A DNA stretch of 64,000 nucleotides from a virus (IMGVR_UViG_2845838682_000001); one strand, 5' to 3'; shown: positions 25,347-34,459, counted from the stretch's first letter. The notes: generated by a model from the letters alone, not told the origin. Made by a program: numbers and translations.

Positions 25347-25757
25347 CTACAGGTCGAACAGGGTCGGCGGGCCCGGCTGGGGGAGGGCTCCGAGCTCGGG
25401 CACCTCCTCGCCGGTGTGCTCCTGCCACCAGGCGGCGAACATGGTGCGGTGGCACCACACCCCGGGTTTGGTGAGCCGCTCGAAGCACAGCAGCACCCGC
25501 CGGGTGTTCTCGCCTTCGGCGGGGATCTGTTCCAGCTCGGTGCGGATGGCGTCGACCCCGGCGTCGTCGAGGCGGCGCCGGTAGGCGTCGGCGTAGGTGG
25601 CGTAGCCGGCCTTCAGCATCCAGTTGGCTGGGGTGATCAGCCGGGCGTGGCCGGCCGGAGCCGCAGCGAGCTTGAACCGCGGGTAGCCCACGGTGGTGCG
25701 CACGGGCACCCCCATGTCTGCGGTGAATTCCTGGTAGGTGCAGGTCGCTAATCTCAT
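25347..25757 (-). CDS. DUF488-family protein
   Basis: Y..RL...G...I..EL..I...VLLCFE..CHR..FA.WW, the DUF488 C-terminal LLCxE..CHR motif. Confidence 0.75.
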   Translation of the reverse strand: MRLATCTYQEFTADMGVPVRTTVGYPRFKLAAAPAGHARLITPANWMLKAGYATYADAYRRRLDDAGVDAIRTELEQIPAEGENTRRVLLCFERLTKPGVWCHRTMFAAWWQEHTGEEVPELGALPQPGPPTLFDL

Positions 25758-25791
25758 GGCAGGCATCCTCGTCGGTCGGGTCGGGAGAAAG

Positions 25792-25829
25792 AAAAAAAGG
25801 GGGGCCCCTGGTGGAGCCCCCCTTTTTTT
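25792..25829. terminator. Bidirectional intrinsic terminator
   Basis: A7-GGGGGGC-10 nt loop-GCCCCCC-T7. Confidence 0.9.
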
Positions 25830-25833
25830 CGGG

Positions 25834-26163
25834 TTAGCCGGTGCAGATGCAGGTGGTGTCAGGCCGGGTCCGGCCGAGGCCGGAGTAGAGCTGGCTGATG
25901 GCCTGGCACGCGTGGGCCCTGGCCGGCTGGTGGCTGGTGGGGATGGCCCCGAGGTGGTCGTCGAAGAAGGTGATGACCGCCTCGGCCTCCTCGGAGGTGA
26001 GGGTAACCTCCTCCGCTCCGACGCCCAGGAGGCGCTGGATGGTCCGGACGGTGTTCTGGTTGTAGTCCGGGGAGAAGGTGAGGGCCGCCAGGAAGGTGGC
26101 CAGCCCCATGGCCTCGATGGTGTCAAAGAGGATGGTGGTGGAGGTGGTGGCCGTGTTACCCAT
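25834..26163 (-). CDS. Hypothetical protein in AT-richer cassette
   Basis: ATG 26163 with AGGAAAGG RBS; downstream of promoter copy 1 and followed by the terminator. Confidence 0.65.
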   Translation of the reverse strand: MGNTATTSTTILFDTIEAMGLATFLAALTFSPDYNQNTVRTIQRLLGVGAEEVTLTSEEAEAVITFFDDHLGAIPTSHQPARAHACQAISQLYSGLGRTRPDTTCICTG

Positions 26164-26238
26164 GGTAAAACCTTTCCTAGAAAAAGGGGGTACCCCTTTT
26201 GCCATGTCCACTGTTGATTTGTTAAGTAACCTGTTTGG

Positions 26239-26277
26239 TTATATCTAAATCATAATACATATTGACCAAAATAGCAA
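26239..26277 (-). promoter_or_regulatory. Repeated strong promoter, copy 1
   Basis: TTGCTA (26277-26272) N17 TATGAT (26254-26249) TTAGATATAA. Confidence 0.85.
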
Positions 26278-26326
26278 ATGGTGTGTGGTGGAATTGCCCT
26301 GGAATGCGGCAGGGCGGGAAAAGGGT

Positions 26327-27319
26327 TCAGAACAGCGTCTCCGCCTCCCACGTCCCGCCGGCGCCGGGCTCGGGCGCGTTGGGCTCCTGCGGCGCGGACG
26401 CCGCCGGAGCCGGGGCGGGGGAGGAAGGACCGGCCGCGGCCGGACCTTCGGCGAACGGGCCGGGGGCGTGGCCGCCCGCGGCAGTGGTGAGCGCCTGCAT
26501 CGCCCGCACCGTCCGCACCGTGCGCGCCAGCTCCACGGTCTCGCGCCGCTGGGCCTGCGCGTCGGTGATCCATTCGTCGGTCAGCGAGTTGCCGACCCCG
26601 AGCAGCACCCGCGGGCCCAGCTCCCACAGCACCACGTTGGCGGCCAGGCACCCCACGGCCAGCGGGTCGATGTCCACGGCCGCCCAGGTGACGGTGGCCG
26701 GGTCGCGGCCTTCGAGACGCATCGCCTCGGCCAGGGCGCGCAGCATCCCGCCGGTGCCGCACGCCGGCTCGTGCACCGACTCGCCCTCCCGGGGTGCGCC
26801 GGTGAGGCCGACCATCATGGTGGCCACCGAGGCGGGGGTGTAGTACTGGCCGCGGGCCTGGGCCTCGCGCCCGGTCCGCATCAGGGTCAGCAGCGGCCCG
26901 AGCAGGTCGGCATCATGGGGGTGGATGGTGTGGATGCCCGCCTTCAGGGCGGCCTGTGCGGTGGCTTTGGCGGCCTTCAGCGCGATCGTGGAGGGGCCGT
27001 GTTCGCCGAACCACGGCGCCATCAGCGGGTAGATCGGGTTGGCGAGGTCGGGGCGCGCGTTGAGGTACATCCGCCACTGGGCGGCGATAATCTCGCCGAC
27101 CTGGCCGGGGGATGCCTCCGCGATGGTGCGCTCGATCAGGGTGTGGGCGTCTGCGTCGGGCGGGCGGATGAACGCCACCGCGGCCACGGTCGACAGGGCG
27201 ATCTCGACCTGGCCGGAGCCGTGGCCGCGGAACCACGCGTCCGCGCATGCCTCGGCCACCGTGTGGGCCCGGGTGTGGGGCCCGCCCCCTGGGGGGCGGG
27301 CCGTCTTGGCGGGGCTCAC
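26327..27319 (-). CDS. N6-adenine DNA methylase-like protein (HsdM-type SAM-binding half; no NPPY motif)
   Basis: GQYYTP (motif X), EPACGTGGML (motif I), AVDID (motif II), GNSL (motif III), then low-complexity tail. Confidence 0.8.
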   Translation of the reverse strand: MSPAKTARPPGGGPHTRAHTVAEACADAWFRGHGSGQVEIALSTVAAVAFIRPPDADAHTLIERTIAEASPGQVGEIIAAQWRMYLNARPDLANPIYPLMAPWFGEHGPSTIALKAAKATAQAALKAGIHTIHPHDADLLGPLLTLMRTGREAQARGQYYTPASVATMMVGLTGAPREGESVHEPACGTGGMLRALAEAMRLEGRDPATVTWAAVDIDPLAVGCLAANVVLWELGPRVLLGVGNSLTDEWITDAQAQRRETVELARTVRTVRAMQALTTAAGGHAPGPFAEGPAAAGPSSPAPAPAASAPQEPNAPEPGAGGTWEAETLF

Positions 27320-27495
27320 AGCGGGTTCCCGATGCCGTCGACGAGGTCATCGGGCACCCCGAAGGCGCCGAACCGGTCCTCGAAGCTGTAGCGGATGTAG
27401 CCGACCGCCGGGGGGCAGTCGTCGTCGTGCAGCTCGTCAGGGGCGGCGCCGCAGTCCCAGCAGTCCCGGTCGCTGGCGTTGTATCCGCGGCTCAT
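27316..27495 (-). CDS. Small Cys-containing hypothetical protein
   Basis: MSRGYNASDRDCWDCGAAPDELHDDDCP; 4-nt overlaps on both sides. Confidence 0.5.
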   Translation of the reverse strand: MSRGYNASDRDCWDCGAAPDELHDDDCPPAVGYIRYSFEDRFGAFGVPDDLVDGIGNPL

Positions 27496-28010
27496 GCCGA
27501 CACCTCCTCGTGGTCCTCGTCGGTGGTGTAGGCCGCGAGCAGCTCGGCCAGGACCTGGCGGTCGGGGCGGTGGCCGGACGCTGCGGGCGCGGGCAGCGGG
27601 CACGTGCAGGCGCCGCGCGGCTCCTGGCAGTCGGCGGGCACCGTCTGCGAGATGTCCCAGACGTAGCCGACGTGGTAGCCGACCGCCTGCCGGCGGGTGC
27701 CGTCGCCTCCGGCCGCCGGTTCGGGCGTTCCGGTTTCTTCGGTGTCCTTCTTGCGGCGGGTGTTGGGCATGAACACGCCCAAGCCCTTCTGGCCTTTGGC
27801 GACCACGCGGCCGTGCTCCTGCCACTGGCGGAACCCGCGCACCTGGGTGGCGGTGGGCAGCTGCGCCCAGATCGCCAGGGTGTTGGTGGGGCTGTAGCGG
27901 TCGCCGAGGCGGGCGGCGAGGGCTTCGACGGTGTCGAGCTGGCCGGGGTCCGAGGTGGCGACCGCGAGCGTGATCATCTCGTTGAGGTCGGCGGGGGTCA
28001 TGCGTGGCAT
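27492..28010 (-). CDS. ArdC-like N-terminal ssDNA-binding domain protein
   Basis: YSPTNTLAIWAQLPTATQVRGFRQWQEHGRVVAKGQKG..VFMP; VWDISQT. Confidence 0.85.
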   Translation of the reverse strand: MPRMTPADLNEMITLAVATSDPGQLDTVEALAARLGDRYSPTNTLAIWAQLPTATQVRGFRQWQEHGRVVAKGQKGLGVFMPNTRRKKDTEETGTPEPAAGGDGTRRQAVGYHVGYVWDISQTVPADCQEPRGACTCPLPAPAASGHRPDRQVLAELLAAYTTDEDHEEVSA

Positions 28011-28113
28011 GGTGTGTGCTCCCTTTCGCGTAGGTGTCGGCCCCGGGGCGCTGCGGTGACATCTCCGGGGCCGAGGCCGGGGCGGGCGGCCCGGCGGGGC
28101 CGCCCGCAGGGGG

Positions 28114-28488
28114 TTACTGGCAGGCGGCGCGCAGCTGGTCGGACATGGCGGCGGTGGCGGTGCCGGCGATGCCGCCGACGTAGGCGCGGCCCTGCGTGGG
28201 GACGAGGACGGTGCGCAAGGCGCCGGCGGCCTCGACCTCGATGACGTGGCCGTCCGAGAGCGCGATGGCGTGTCCGGCGCCGGCCGCGGTGACGGCCGCG
28301 CGGTAGGCGACCGAGCCGATGGTGGGCAGGCCCTCCAGGACGCCGATGACCATGTCGGCGTATTCGGTGTCGAAGCTGGTGAGGTTGGCGTAGATGTCGG
28401 CGCGCTGGACGGCGTCGAGGCCGGTGAGGTCGCGCTCCGCGGTGAGCTGCTTGATGGTGAGGGTCTGGCCGCCGGTTGCCGTGTTCAT
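28114..28488 (-). CDS. Hypothetical protein
   Basis: First gene after promoter copy 2; GGAGGG RBS; GC hairpin downstream. Confidence 0.65.
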   Translation of the reverse strand: MNTATGGQTLTIKQLTAERDLTGLDAVQRADIYANLTSFDTEYADMVIGVLEGLPTIGSVAYRAAVTAAGAGHAIALSDGHVIEVEAAGALRTVLVPTQGRAYVGGIAGTATAAMSDQLRAACQ

Positions 28489-28519
28489 TTCGCCCTCCGG
28501 GTGGTTGCTGCGTTCTTTC

Positions 28520-28558
28520 TTATATCTTTATCATAATAAACCTCTTTTCAGATAGCAA
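28520..28558 (-). promoter_or_regulatory. Repeated strong promoter, copy 2
   Basis: TTGCTA N17 TATGAT AAAGATATAA. Confidence 0.85.
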
Positions 28559-28631
28559 GAATTCGCGGGGGAAATTCCCCTCGAATTCGGTCCCGCAGGC
28601 GCGCTGACCTGCGGATCCGCGAAGGAGGGGG

Positions 28632-29198
28632 TCAGCCGGCGTTGCGTTCCCACTGGGCGCGGTTGAAGGCCGCGGTCCGCCCGTACACCCCGCCCAAACC
28701 CTCCTGGAGGTCCGGGCCGTGGCCGTTGCAGACGACCTCCACCTCCCGGGAGAACCCGCCGTCGGTGCGCACCGCCACCGCCTGCAACGTGACCAAGGTC
28801 GAACCGCGCAGGCGGGCGCGCGCCGGCGCCCGCACGTAGCCCACGAAGAACCCCTTCTTCGCGTCGGTCGCCTTGGCCGTAGCGGGGTCGCGGGCCTGCG
28901 ACTCGCGGAACCAGCCGGTGAACCGGCCGCGCGGGTCGTCGTCGGGCAGCAGCCCCCACGCCGGCCCGTAGCGGGTGTCGACCGCCTTGGCGGGCACCAG
29001 GACGCCCTCCAGGTCGAACACGGCGAGGAACACGGCGGTGCCGCCAGCCTCCTCGATGGCGGCCTGCAATTCGAGCTCGTCGCCGAGGCGCTGGGCGCAC
29101 CACTGGGACAGGAACCCGTCGGTGTCGCACCGCTCGAAGCTCGCGGCGGCTTCGCGGCGCTGCTGCGCGGCCTGCTCGCGCAGGGACTGTGCGGACAT
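28632..29198 (-). CDS. Hypothetical actinophage protein
   Basis: ATG 29198 with AGGAGG RBS; SFERCDTDGFLSQW motif. Confidence 0.7.
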   Translation of the reverse strand: MSAQSLREQAAQQRREAAASFERCDTDGFLSQWCAQRLGDELELQAAIEEAGGTAVFLAVFDLEGVLVPAKAVDTRYGPAWGLLPDDDPRGRFTGWFRESQARDPATAKATDAKKGFFVGYVRAPARARLRGSTLVTLQAVAVRTDGGFSREVEVVCNGHGPDLQEGLGGVYGRTAAFNRAQWERNAG

Positions 29199-29287
29199 GG
29201 TGAACCTCCTGGGGTCATGTGTGGGGGGTGTGCGCGTATGGGTCGGCCCCGGACACCGCGGGGTGTCCGGGGCCGGTGGGCGGGGGG

Positions 29288-29422
29288 TCAGGCCGCGATG
29301 GTGTCGCAGCGGCCGGCGTGGATACCGGGGGTGCCGGCGCAGTAGTGGCACAGGGCGGTCTCGACGTCGCCGACGTCGAAGGTGGCGACGGCCTCCCGGG
29401 CGTTGCAGTTTTCGCAGTCCAT
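29288..29422 (-). CDS. Small CxxC..CxxC protein (44 aa; not in ORF track)
   Basis: MDCENCNAREAVATFDVGDVETALCHYCAG; GGAAGGA RBS. Confidence 0.55.
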   Translation of the reverse strand: MDCENCNAREAVATFDVGDVETALCHYCAGTPGIHAGRCDTIAA

Positions 29423-29488
29423 GGCTCGGGTCCTTCCGTTGGGGCGGGTGTGGGTTGCGGCCCGCCCCCGGTGGGGCGGGCGGGTCGG

Positions 29489-29668
29489 TCAGAGGTCGCG
29501 GCGCCAGGTGCGCTTCTCGGCGGCGCGCTGGCGGCGCCGGCGAAGCTTGGCGGCCTTCCGGCCGTGCTGGCCGGGCAGCAGGTAGCAGGTGCAGCCGCGG
29601 TTGGCGTAGGCGCAAACCTGGCGGTGGCCGGGGTCGACGCGGCCGAGGAGGGGCGTGGTGGAGGCCAT
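29489..29668 (-). CDS. Small basic Cys-containing protein (59 aa; not in ORF track)
   Basis: MASTTPLLGRVDPGHRQVCAYANRGCTCY..Arg-rich end; first gene after promoter copy 3. Confidence 0.55.
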   Translation of the reverse strand: MASTTPLLGRVDPGHRQVCAYANRGCTCYLLPGQHGRKAAKLRRRRQRAAEKRTWRRDL

Positions 29669-29706
29669 GGCGATTCTCCGTTCCGAGTGGTTTATTGCTT
29701 GATTGC

Positions 29707-29745
29707 TTATATCTTAATCATAATAATCACCCGTTTAAATAGCAA
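29707..29745 (-). promoter_or_regulatory. Repeated strong promoter, copy 3
   Basis: TTGCTA N17 TATGAT TAAGATATAA. Confidence 0.85.
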
Positions 29746-29876
29746 GTGTTCGGTGTGATTTTTGCAGGAAATTCGCGCATTTCTCGAAGGGAATTCTGCG
29801 CCTGGGAATGGGGCCGCACACAGAGGCCGGCCCCGCAAGGTATCCACCTTGCGGGGCCGAGGGAGGGGAGCGGGTG

Positions 29877-30263
29877 TCAGGCCCACACGACGGCGGCGCC
29901 GTGGTCGCGCGCCCACGCGGCGACCTCAGCGAGCTGCTGCAGCCGCTCGGCCAGGTAGCCGGGGCGGCGGCCGCAGTCGATCACGTTGCCGTCGCGCACC
30001 ATGGGGCGCCCGTTGGCGTCGTCGGTGGCGACGTCCAGCAGCGCCGTGGCGGTCAGCACCCGCCCGAGGATGTCCTCGGCGGGCGCGATGCCGGCCAGCT
30101 CGTCGTGGAGCACGATCCCGAGCGGGCCGACGGCGTCCGGCGCGTCGGCGTGCTGCTCGGGGCGCAGGCCGAGCAGCCGCAGCAGCGTGGCCGCGTTGGC
30201 GTTGGACACGGCGAGGTCGGGGCCGTCCTCGTCGTGGTCCTCGGGGAAGAAGGTGACCGACAT
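29877..30263 (-). CDS. Hypothetical protein
   Basis: AAGGAG RBS; LAVSNANAATLLRLLGL..PGYLAERLQQL..A..HGAAVVW. Confidence 0.7.
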   Translation of the reverse strand: MSVTFFPEDHDEDGPDLAVSNANAATLLRLLGLRPEQHADAPDAVGPLGIVLHDELAGIAPAEDILGRVLTATALLDVATDDANGRPMVRDGNVIDCGRRPGYLAERLQQLAEVAAWARDHGAAVVWA

Positions 30264-30279
30264 CGGGCTGTCTCCTTAA

Positions 30280-30663
30280 TCAGGCGGCCAGGGTGAACGT
30301 GCGCGCCGGCGCGGTGGGGGCCAGGCGGGCGGCGGTGAGGATCTGCACGGCCGCGGTGTGCCAGCAGCGGGTGCCGCGGACGCCGGCCTGGCAGGTGCAG
30401 TGGTGGGCGGTGGCGCGGTGGGTGCGGGTGCCGTCGGCGGAGACGACGAGGTGGATGCCGTCGCGGTAGTGGACGAGGGCGCCGTCTTCGATCGCCTCGG
30501 TGGCGGAGGCGATCTGGTGGTCCTTGTAGCCCTCCAGCGTGGCCTTCTCGGCGCGGATCTCGGCCCAGCAGCCTTTGCCGTAGCCGAGGCGGATGCTGCG
30601 GGCGGAGGTGAGGGGGCGGTGGCAGCGCCGGCAGGTGGCGGTGTGGGCGGTGCTGGTGGCCAT
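30280..30663 (-). CDS. DUF6011-like Zn domain plus SWIM-like zinc finger protein
   Basis: CRRCHRPLTSARSIRLGYGKGC and CTCQAG..CWH. Confidence 0.7.
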   Translation of the reverse strand: MATSTAHTATCRRCHRPLTSARSIRLGYGKGCWAEIRAEKATLEGYKDHQIASATEAIEDGALVHYRDGIHLVVSADGTRTHRATAHHCTCQAGVRGTRCWHTAAVQILTAARLAPTAPARTFTLAA

Positions 30664-30694
30664 CGCGGTCTCCCTCGGGGTGGTGCCTGACTGC

Positions 30695-30733
30695 TTATAT
30701 CTAAATCATAATTCATTATGGTTCAGATATCAA
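30695..30733 (-). promoter_or_regulatory. Repeated strong promoter, copy 4
   Basis: TTGATA N17 TATGAT TTAGATATAA. Confidence 0.85.
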
Positions 30734-30804
30734 GAGGTGCGGGGGACAGGGGCGGACAGAAGTCGGCTCCCGCACCCGGTGCGGGCGCGGGGCCGGGTGC
30801 GGGA

Positions 30805-31065
30805 TCAGAAGCCCATGATGTCGGTCAGCGAGAAGCGCACGCCGGCCTCTGCCGCGGCCTTCTCCGCCGCGGCGTAGGCCTCGTTGAACTTGCCGAGGTT
30901 GATCCGCTTCGTGGCGTCGTCGGCGCCGGGGCTGTAGGTGGCCATGTACTGGTAGACCTCGCGGGCCTCTGTCAGGGCCTCCAGGAAGGTGCCGAGGGCG
31001 CCGGGGGCCTCGACCATCAGCATCTCGCCGGTGTTCTCGTCCTCGGCGAAGAACAGAGCGTCCAC
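30805..31065 (-). CDS. Hypothetical protein
   Basis: GGGAGG RBS; first gene after promoter copy 5. Confidence 0.65.
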   Translation of the reverse strand: MDALFFAEDENTGEMLMVEAPGALGTFLEALTEAREVYQYMATYSPGADDATKRINLGKFNEAYAAAEKAAAEAGVRFSLTDIMGF

Positions 31066-31099
31066 GGTGCGCCTCCCAGGGGGTGAGTAACTTGCTTGC

Positions 31100-31138
31100 T
31101 TATATCTTAATCATAATAGTTACCTATTCAGATATCAA
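31100..31138 (-). promoter_or_regulatory. Repeated strong promoter, copy 5
   Basis: TTGATA N17 TATGAT TAAGATATAA. Confidence 0.85.
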
Positions 31139-31173
31139 TGGATTGGTGGAGGGATTTCACCGAAAACACCAGG

Positions 31174-31796
31174 TCACAGGTACATTCCCAACGCTTCCAT
31201 TGCCGCCTGGTACTCCCAGCACGGCCACTCCACGTGGTCGCCCTCCGCGTGGGAGATGTGGCACACCCGGCCTTGCGGGGTGTCCAGCGGCTGGTGGCCC
31301 CGGGTCAGCGCCCGCACCGCTGCGACCGCCCGGGAGGTGTCGCCCTCCTCCTCGATGCGCGCGAGTTCGGCCTCCAGCGCCGTCACCATCGCTTCCCCCG
31401 GCTGGTGGCGTGGCAGTGGCCGCACACCATCCACGGCCACCGGCGGACCCGCTCCGTGCGGCCGCAGCCGGTGCAGCGCCCGCGCAGAACCTCCCGCGCG
31501 CCGACCTTGGGCATGGCCCCGGCCAGGGCGGCGCCGGTATCGGTCGCCAGCGCGGTCACCGCCTCCAGGCCGGCGCCGCAGCAGCGCGACGCCTCCGCCC
31601 GGTACCCGTTCTGGTCGGCGCCCCATCCGCCGGCGGGCGGCTGGGCCCACTCCAACACGCCCTCGACCGCCAGGGCGCCCGTCTGGTGGCAGCGGGCGCA
31701 CGTCTCGTCGGGCAGGGGGAAGGTGTAGGGGGAGGGGGCGCGGTCGGGCGGAGGCACCTGCACGTCCTCGCTGTGGTGGTTGCTCATGGCTGTCAC
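31174..31796 (-). other. Two coupled small hypothetical genes (31174-31389; Cys-rich 31383-31796)
   Basis: Overlapping stop/start; multiple CxxC motifs in the second. Confidence 0.55.
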
Positions 31797-31851
31797 CTTC
31801 TATTCGTGGTCGGGGCCCCGGCCCCACGGCAGGGGCCGGGGCGGTCGGGGG

Positions 31852-32781
31852 TCAGGCCGCCGGCTCCTCACCGGCGGCCTCGTCCAGGTCGGGGGAGGCG
31901 CCGGAGGCGGCCATCGCCGCCGCCTTGCGCAGCACCGACTCCGCCTTGCCAGCCGCCTCGCGCAGCGCGGCGATGCGCTGCTGGTACACCCCGGGGCCGG
32001 CGGCGCCGGTCAGCACCCGCGCCAGCTCGGCCGGGTCCGCCTGGGCCAGCTCGTGCAGGATTCCGCCCGCGGACGCCAACCGGTCCACCTGGGAGGTGAC
32101 CTGCGCGCGCCGCTTGCGGATCTGCTTCTTCTCCTCCTCGGAGGGCTCGTCGACGTCGAACATGACGCCCTGGTCCTCCAGCTCCCGGCGGGTCTGGGCG
32201 AACGCTTCGGCGTCGCGGAAGTTGGTGAACTCGCCCTTGATCCACTTGTTGAGGACCAGGCGCTGCCCCTCGGAGGTGAGGCGGCAGACGTAGCCGGCCA
32301 GCCCCGTGGGCAGGTGCTGCTTGTCGAGGGCCTCGCGGGCGGGGCCGATCAGGTTCAGCAGCGGCAGCCGCCAGGTGATGTAGGCGACCGTCTTGCCGAC
32401 GGCTGTGGCCACCTCTTCGGTGGTCATGCCGTGCTCGTCGATCAGCTTTGCGAAGGCTTCGGCCTCCTCCATGGGGGTCATGTCGGCGCGTGCGGAGTTC
32501 TCCACCACCGACTCCAGGAAGGTGGATCCGGTGCCGTGCTCGACGACGGCCAGCAGCTCGGTGAGGCCCGCGCGGTGGGCGGCGCGCCACCGCCGCTCAC
32601 CCATGATCAGCGTGTAGCGGCGGCTCGCGCGGTCGTAGCGCACCCGCACCGGCTGCTGCTGGCCGACCGCGGCCAGGGAGCCGGCGAGCTTGTCCAGTTC
32701 GGTCTCGTCGAAGTGCTGGCGGGGCTGGGCGGGATCGCGGTCGATGCGGTCGAGCGGGATGGTCTTCTGCGTGGCGGCCAT
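31852..32781 (-). CDS. ParB/RepB/Spo0J-family protein with HTH
   Basis: IPLDRIDRDPAQPRQHF..L..S...GQQQPV.V..LIMGERRWRAA; ENSARADMTPMEEA; EEVATAVGKT..YI..RL.LL. Confidence 0.92.
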   Translation of the reverse strand: MAATQKTIPLDRIDRDPAQPRQHFDETELDKLAGSLAAVGQQQPVRVRYDRASRRYTLIMGERRWRAAHRAGLTELLAVVEHGTGSTFLESVVENSARADMTPMEEAEAFAKLIDEHGMTTEEVATAVGKTVAYITWRLPLLNLIGPAREALDKQHLPTGLAGYVCRLTSEGQRLVLNKWIKGEFTNFRDAEAFAQTRRELEDQGVMFDVDEPSEEEKKQIRKRRAQVTSQVDRLASAGGILHELAQADPAELARVLTGAAGPGVYQQRIAALREAAGKAESVLRKAAAMAASGASPDLDEAAGEEPAA

Positions 32782-32875
32782 GGCGGGGTCCCTTCTGTGC
32801 GGGCGTGGTCGGAGAGGAGAGGGAGGGTGAGGGGGGCGGCGGCGCCCCACCGCGGGGCGCCGCCAGGGCGGGTGG

Positions 32876-33190
32876 TTAGAACAGGGCGGCCGCCCGGACC
32901 AGAGCGCGGACCTGGGTGTCGTGGCGCTCGATGAGGGCATCCAGGTTGTCGGCCTGCTTCTCGTCCGGGGCGGTGATGGCGGAGGCCTGCTCGTCGGGGC
33001 CGGAGTTCAGGGTGGCGTTGATGCGGTCGGCGGTGCGGGTGAGGCGCTCGGCGGCGGCGCGGAGGCGGTTCTCGGTGTCGACGAGGTCGGTGACGAGGGT
33101 GTTGAGGAGATGGGCGGCGGCCCGGTTGGTGCCGGCGAGGTCGAAGATGTCGATGTCCTTGCCGGTGTACTTGCGGATGATGTCCTGCAT
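32876..33190 (-). CDS. Hypothetical coiled-coil protein
   Basis: GGGAGG RBS; first gene after promoter copy 6. Confidence 0.65.
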   Translation of the reverse strand: MQDIIRKYTGKDIDIFDLAGTNRAAAHLLNTLVTDLVDTENRLRAAAERLTRTADRINATLNSGPDEQASAITAPDEKQADNLDALIERHDTQVRALVRAAALF

Positions 33191-33225
33191 TTCTGCCTCC
33201 CGGGTGTTTGGGTTGCCGTTCTTTG

Positions 33226-33264
33226 TTATATCTAAATCATAATTCAATATGAATCAAATAGCAA
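33226..33264 (-). promoter_or_regulatory. Repeated strong promoter, copy 6
   Basis: TTGCTA N17 TATGAT TTAGATATAA. Confidence 0.85.
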
Positions 33265-33307
33265 TTGGGGGAGGGGAATTGTCCGAACGAATTTCCCTTC
33301 CCCGCGG

Positions 33308-34357
33308 TCAGCGGCTCACATCAGCGCCTCCGGCGCGGTGCACCGGGTGGCCCCGCTCGCCGTCCCGATCCACCTCCCGGCACCTCTCGCACTCCTGAGG
33401 ACAGCGCACGCGGCAGGCGACCATGTGCGCGCACAGCCCACACACCGGATTCACCTTCGGGCTCGCCCACCACCCGCTGACGGCGTGGGCGCACTCCATC
33501 CGCGCCGGCAGGTAGAGCCACCCGCACAGGGTGTACGCGCACAGGGCGCCGCGGCCGCCACCGAGGTCCACCCAGTGCTCGTATCCGGTGATGATGTGCT
33601 TGACCTCGCCGGACTCGCGGTCGATCGGCATCACGCGCCCTCCTCGCCCACGCCCAGCTCCGCCAGGCGCGCCACCAGTTCGCCGCGCAGCCCGAGCGTT
33701 TCGGGGTCGGCCTCGTCCTCCAGGGCGTGCAGCTCCTCGGTCAGCGCCACCGCCTCGCTCACCCGGTCGATGGCCGTGCACGCGGTCTCGTAGGCGATCT
33801 GGAGGATGAGGCGGCCGAAGGTGTGGGCCACCACGGTGCTGGAGCCCAGCCCCTCGGCCTGGGCCGCCCAGTCGGCTGCGGCCTTGGGCGCGGCCGTGTG
33901 CAGGCTGTAGCCGGCCTCCACGTAGGACCGCAGGTGCAGGCGGGCCTTGTCGGCCAGCTCTTCAGGGACGGCGTCGAGGTTCGCGAAGCGTGCCACGTGT
34001 GCTCCTTCGGGTCGGTGAACAGAGGAAGAGGAGGGGGAGGGGCCCCGCCCGCTGCGTGCGGGCGGGGCCGGTGCGCTACCAGTCGAGCGCCTCGGAGGCG
34101 ACGCCGGGCAGGTGCCCGAGCTGGGCGCCCTCGCCGATGTAGACCACCCCCGGCGGCTCCTCGTCCTCGGCGACGCCGGGCTCGGAGCCGGTGGAGGGGG
34201 CGGGGTCGATCTCGGCGACGCCCACCCGGCCGACGCTGTACTCGAACGGCCAGGAAGGCGACTGCGCCAGCCGGACGGGTGCGTCCAGGCCGGCGCCGGC
34301 CTCCTCGGCCGCCGCCTGCAGGGTCGCGATCAGGTCGCGCACGGTCATCTCGTCCAT
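33308..34357 (-). other. Three small hypothetical genes (Cys-rich 33308-33631; 33631-33996; 34076-34357)
   Basis: RBSs and TGATG overlap; the last has the actinophage-type VRLAQSPSWPFEYSV motif. Confidence 0.6.
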
Positions 34358-34420
34358 GACGGATTCCCCTTCTTCCTCTATTCAGAAATCAACCGGTACG
34401 GAATATCCGAACCGTCTTTG

Positions 34421-34459
34421 TTATATCCTAATCATAATAACTACCTATCAGGATAGCAA
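34421..34459 (-). promoter_or_regulatory. Repeated strong promoter, copy 7
   Basis: TTGCTA N17 TATGAT TAGGATATAA. Confidence 0.85.

Noticed and set aside
26239-34459. AT-rich repeats as a CRISPR array or iterons
   Set aside because: Copies are 0.4-2.3 kb apart, separated by genes, and each fits a -35/N17/-10 promoter; no cas genes seen
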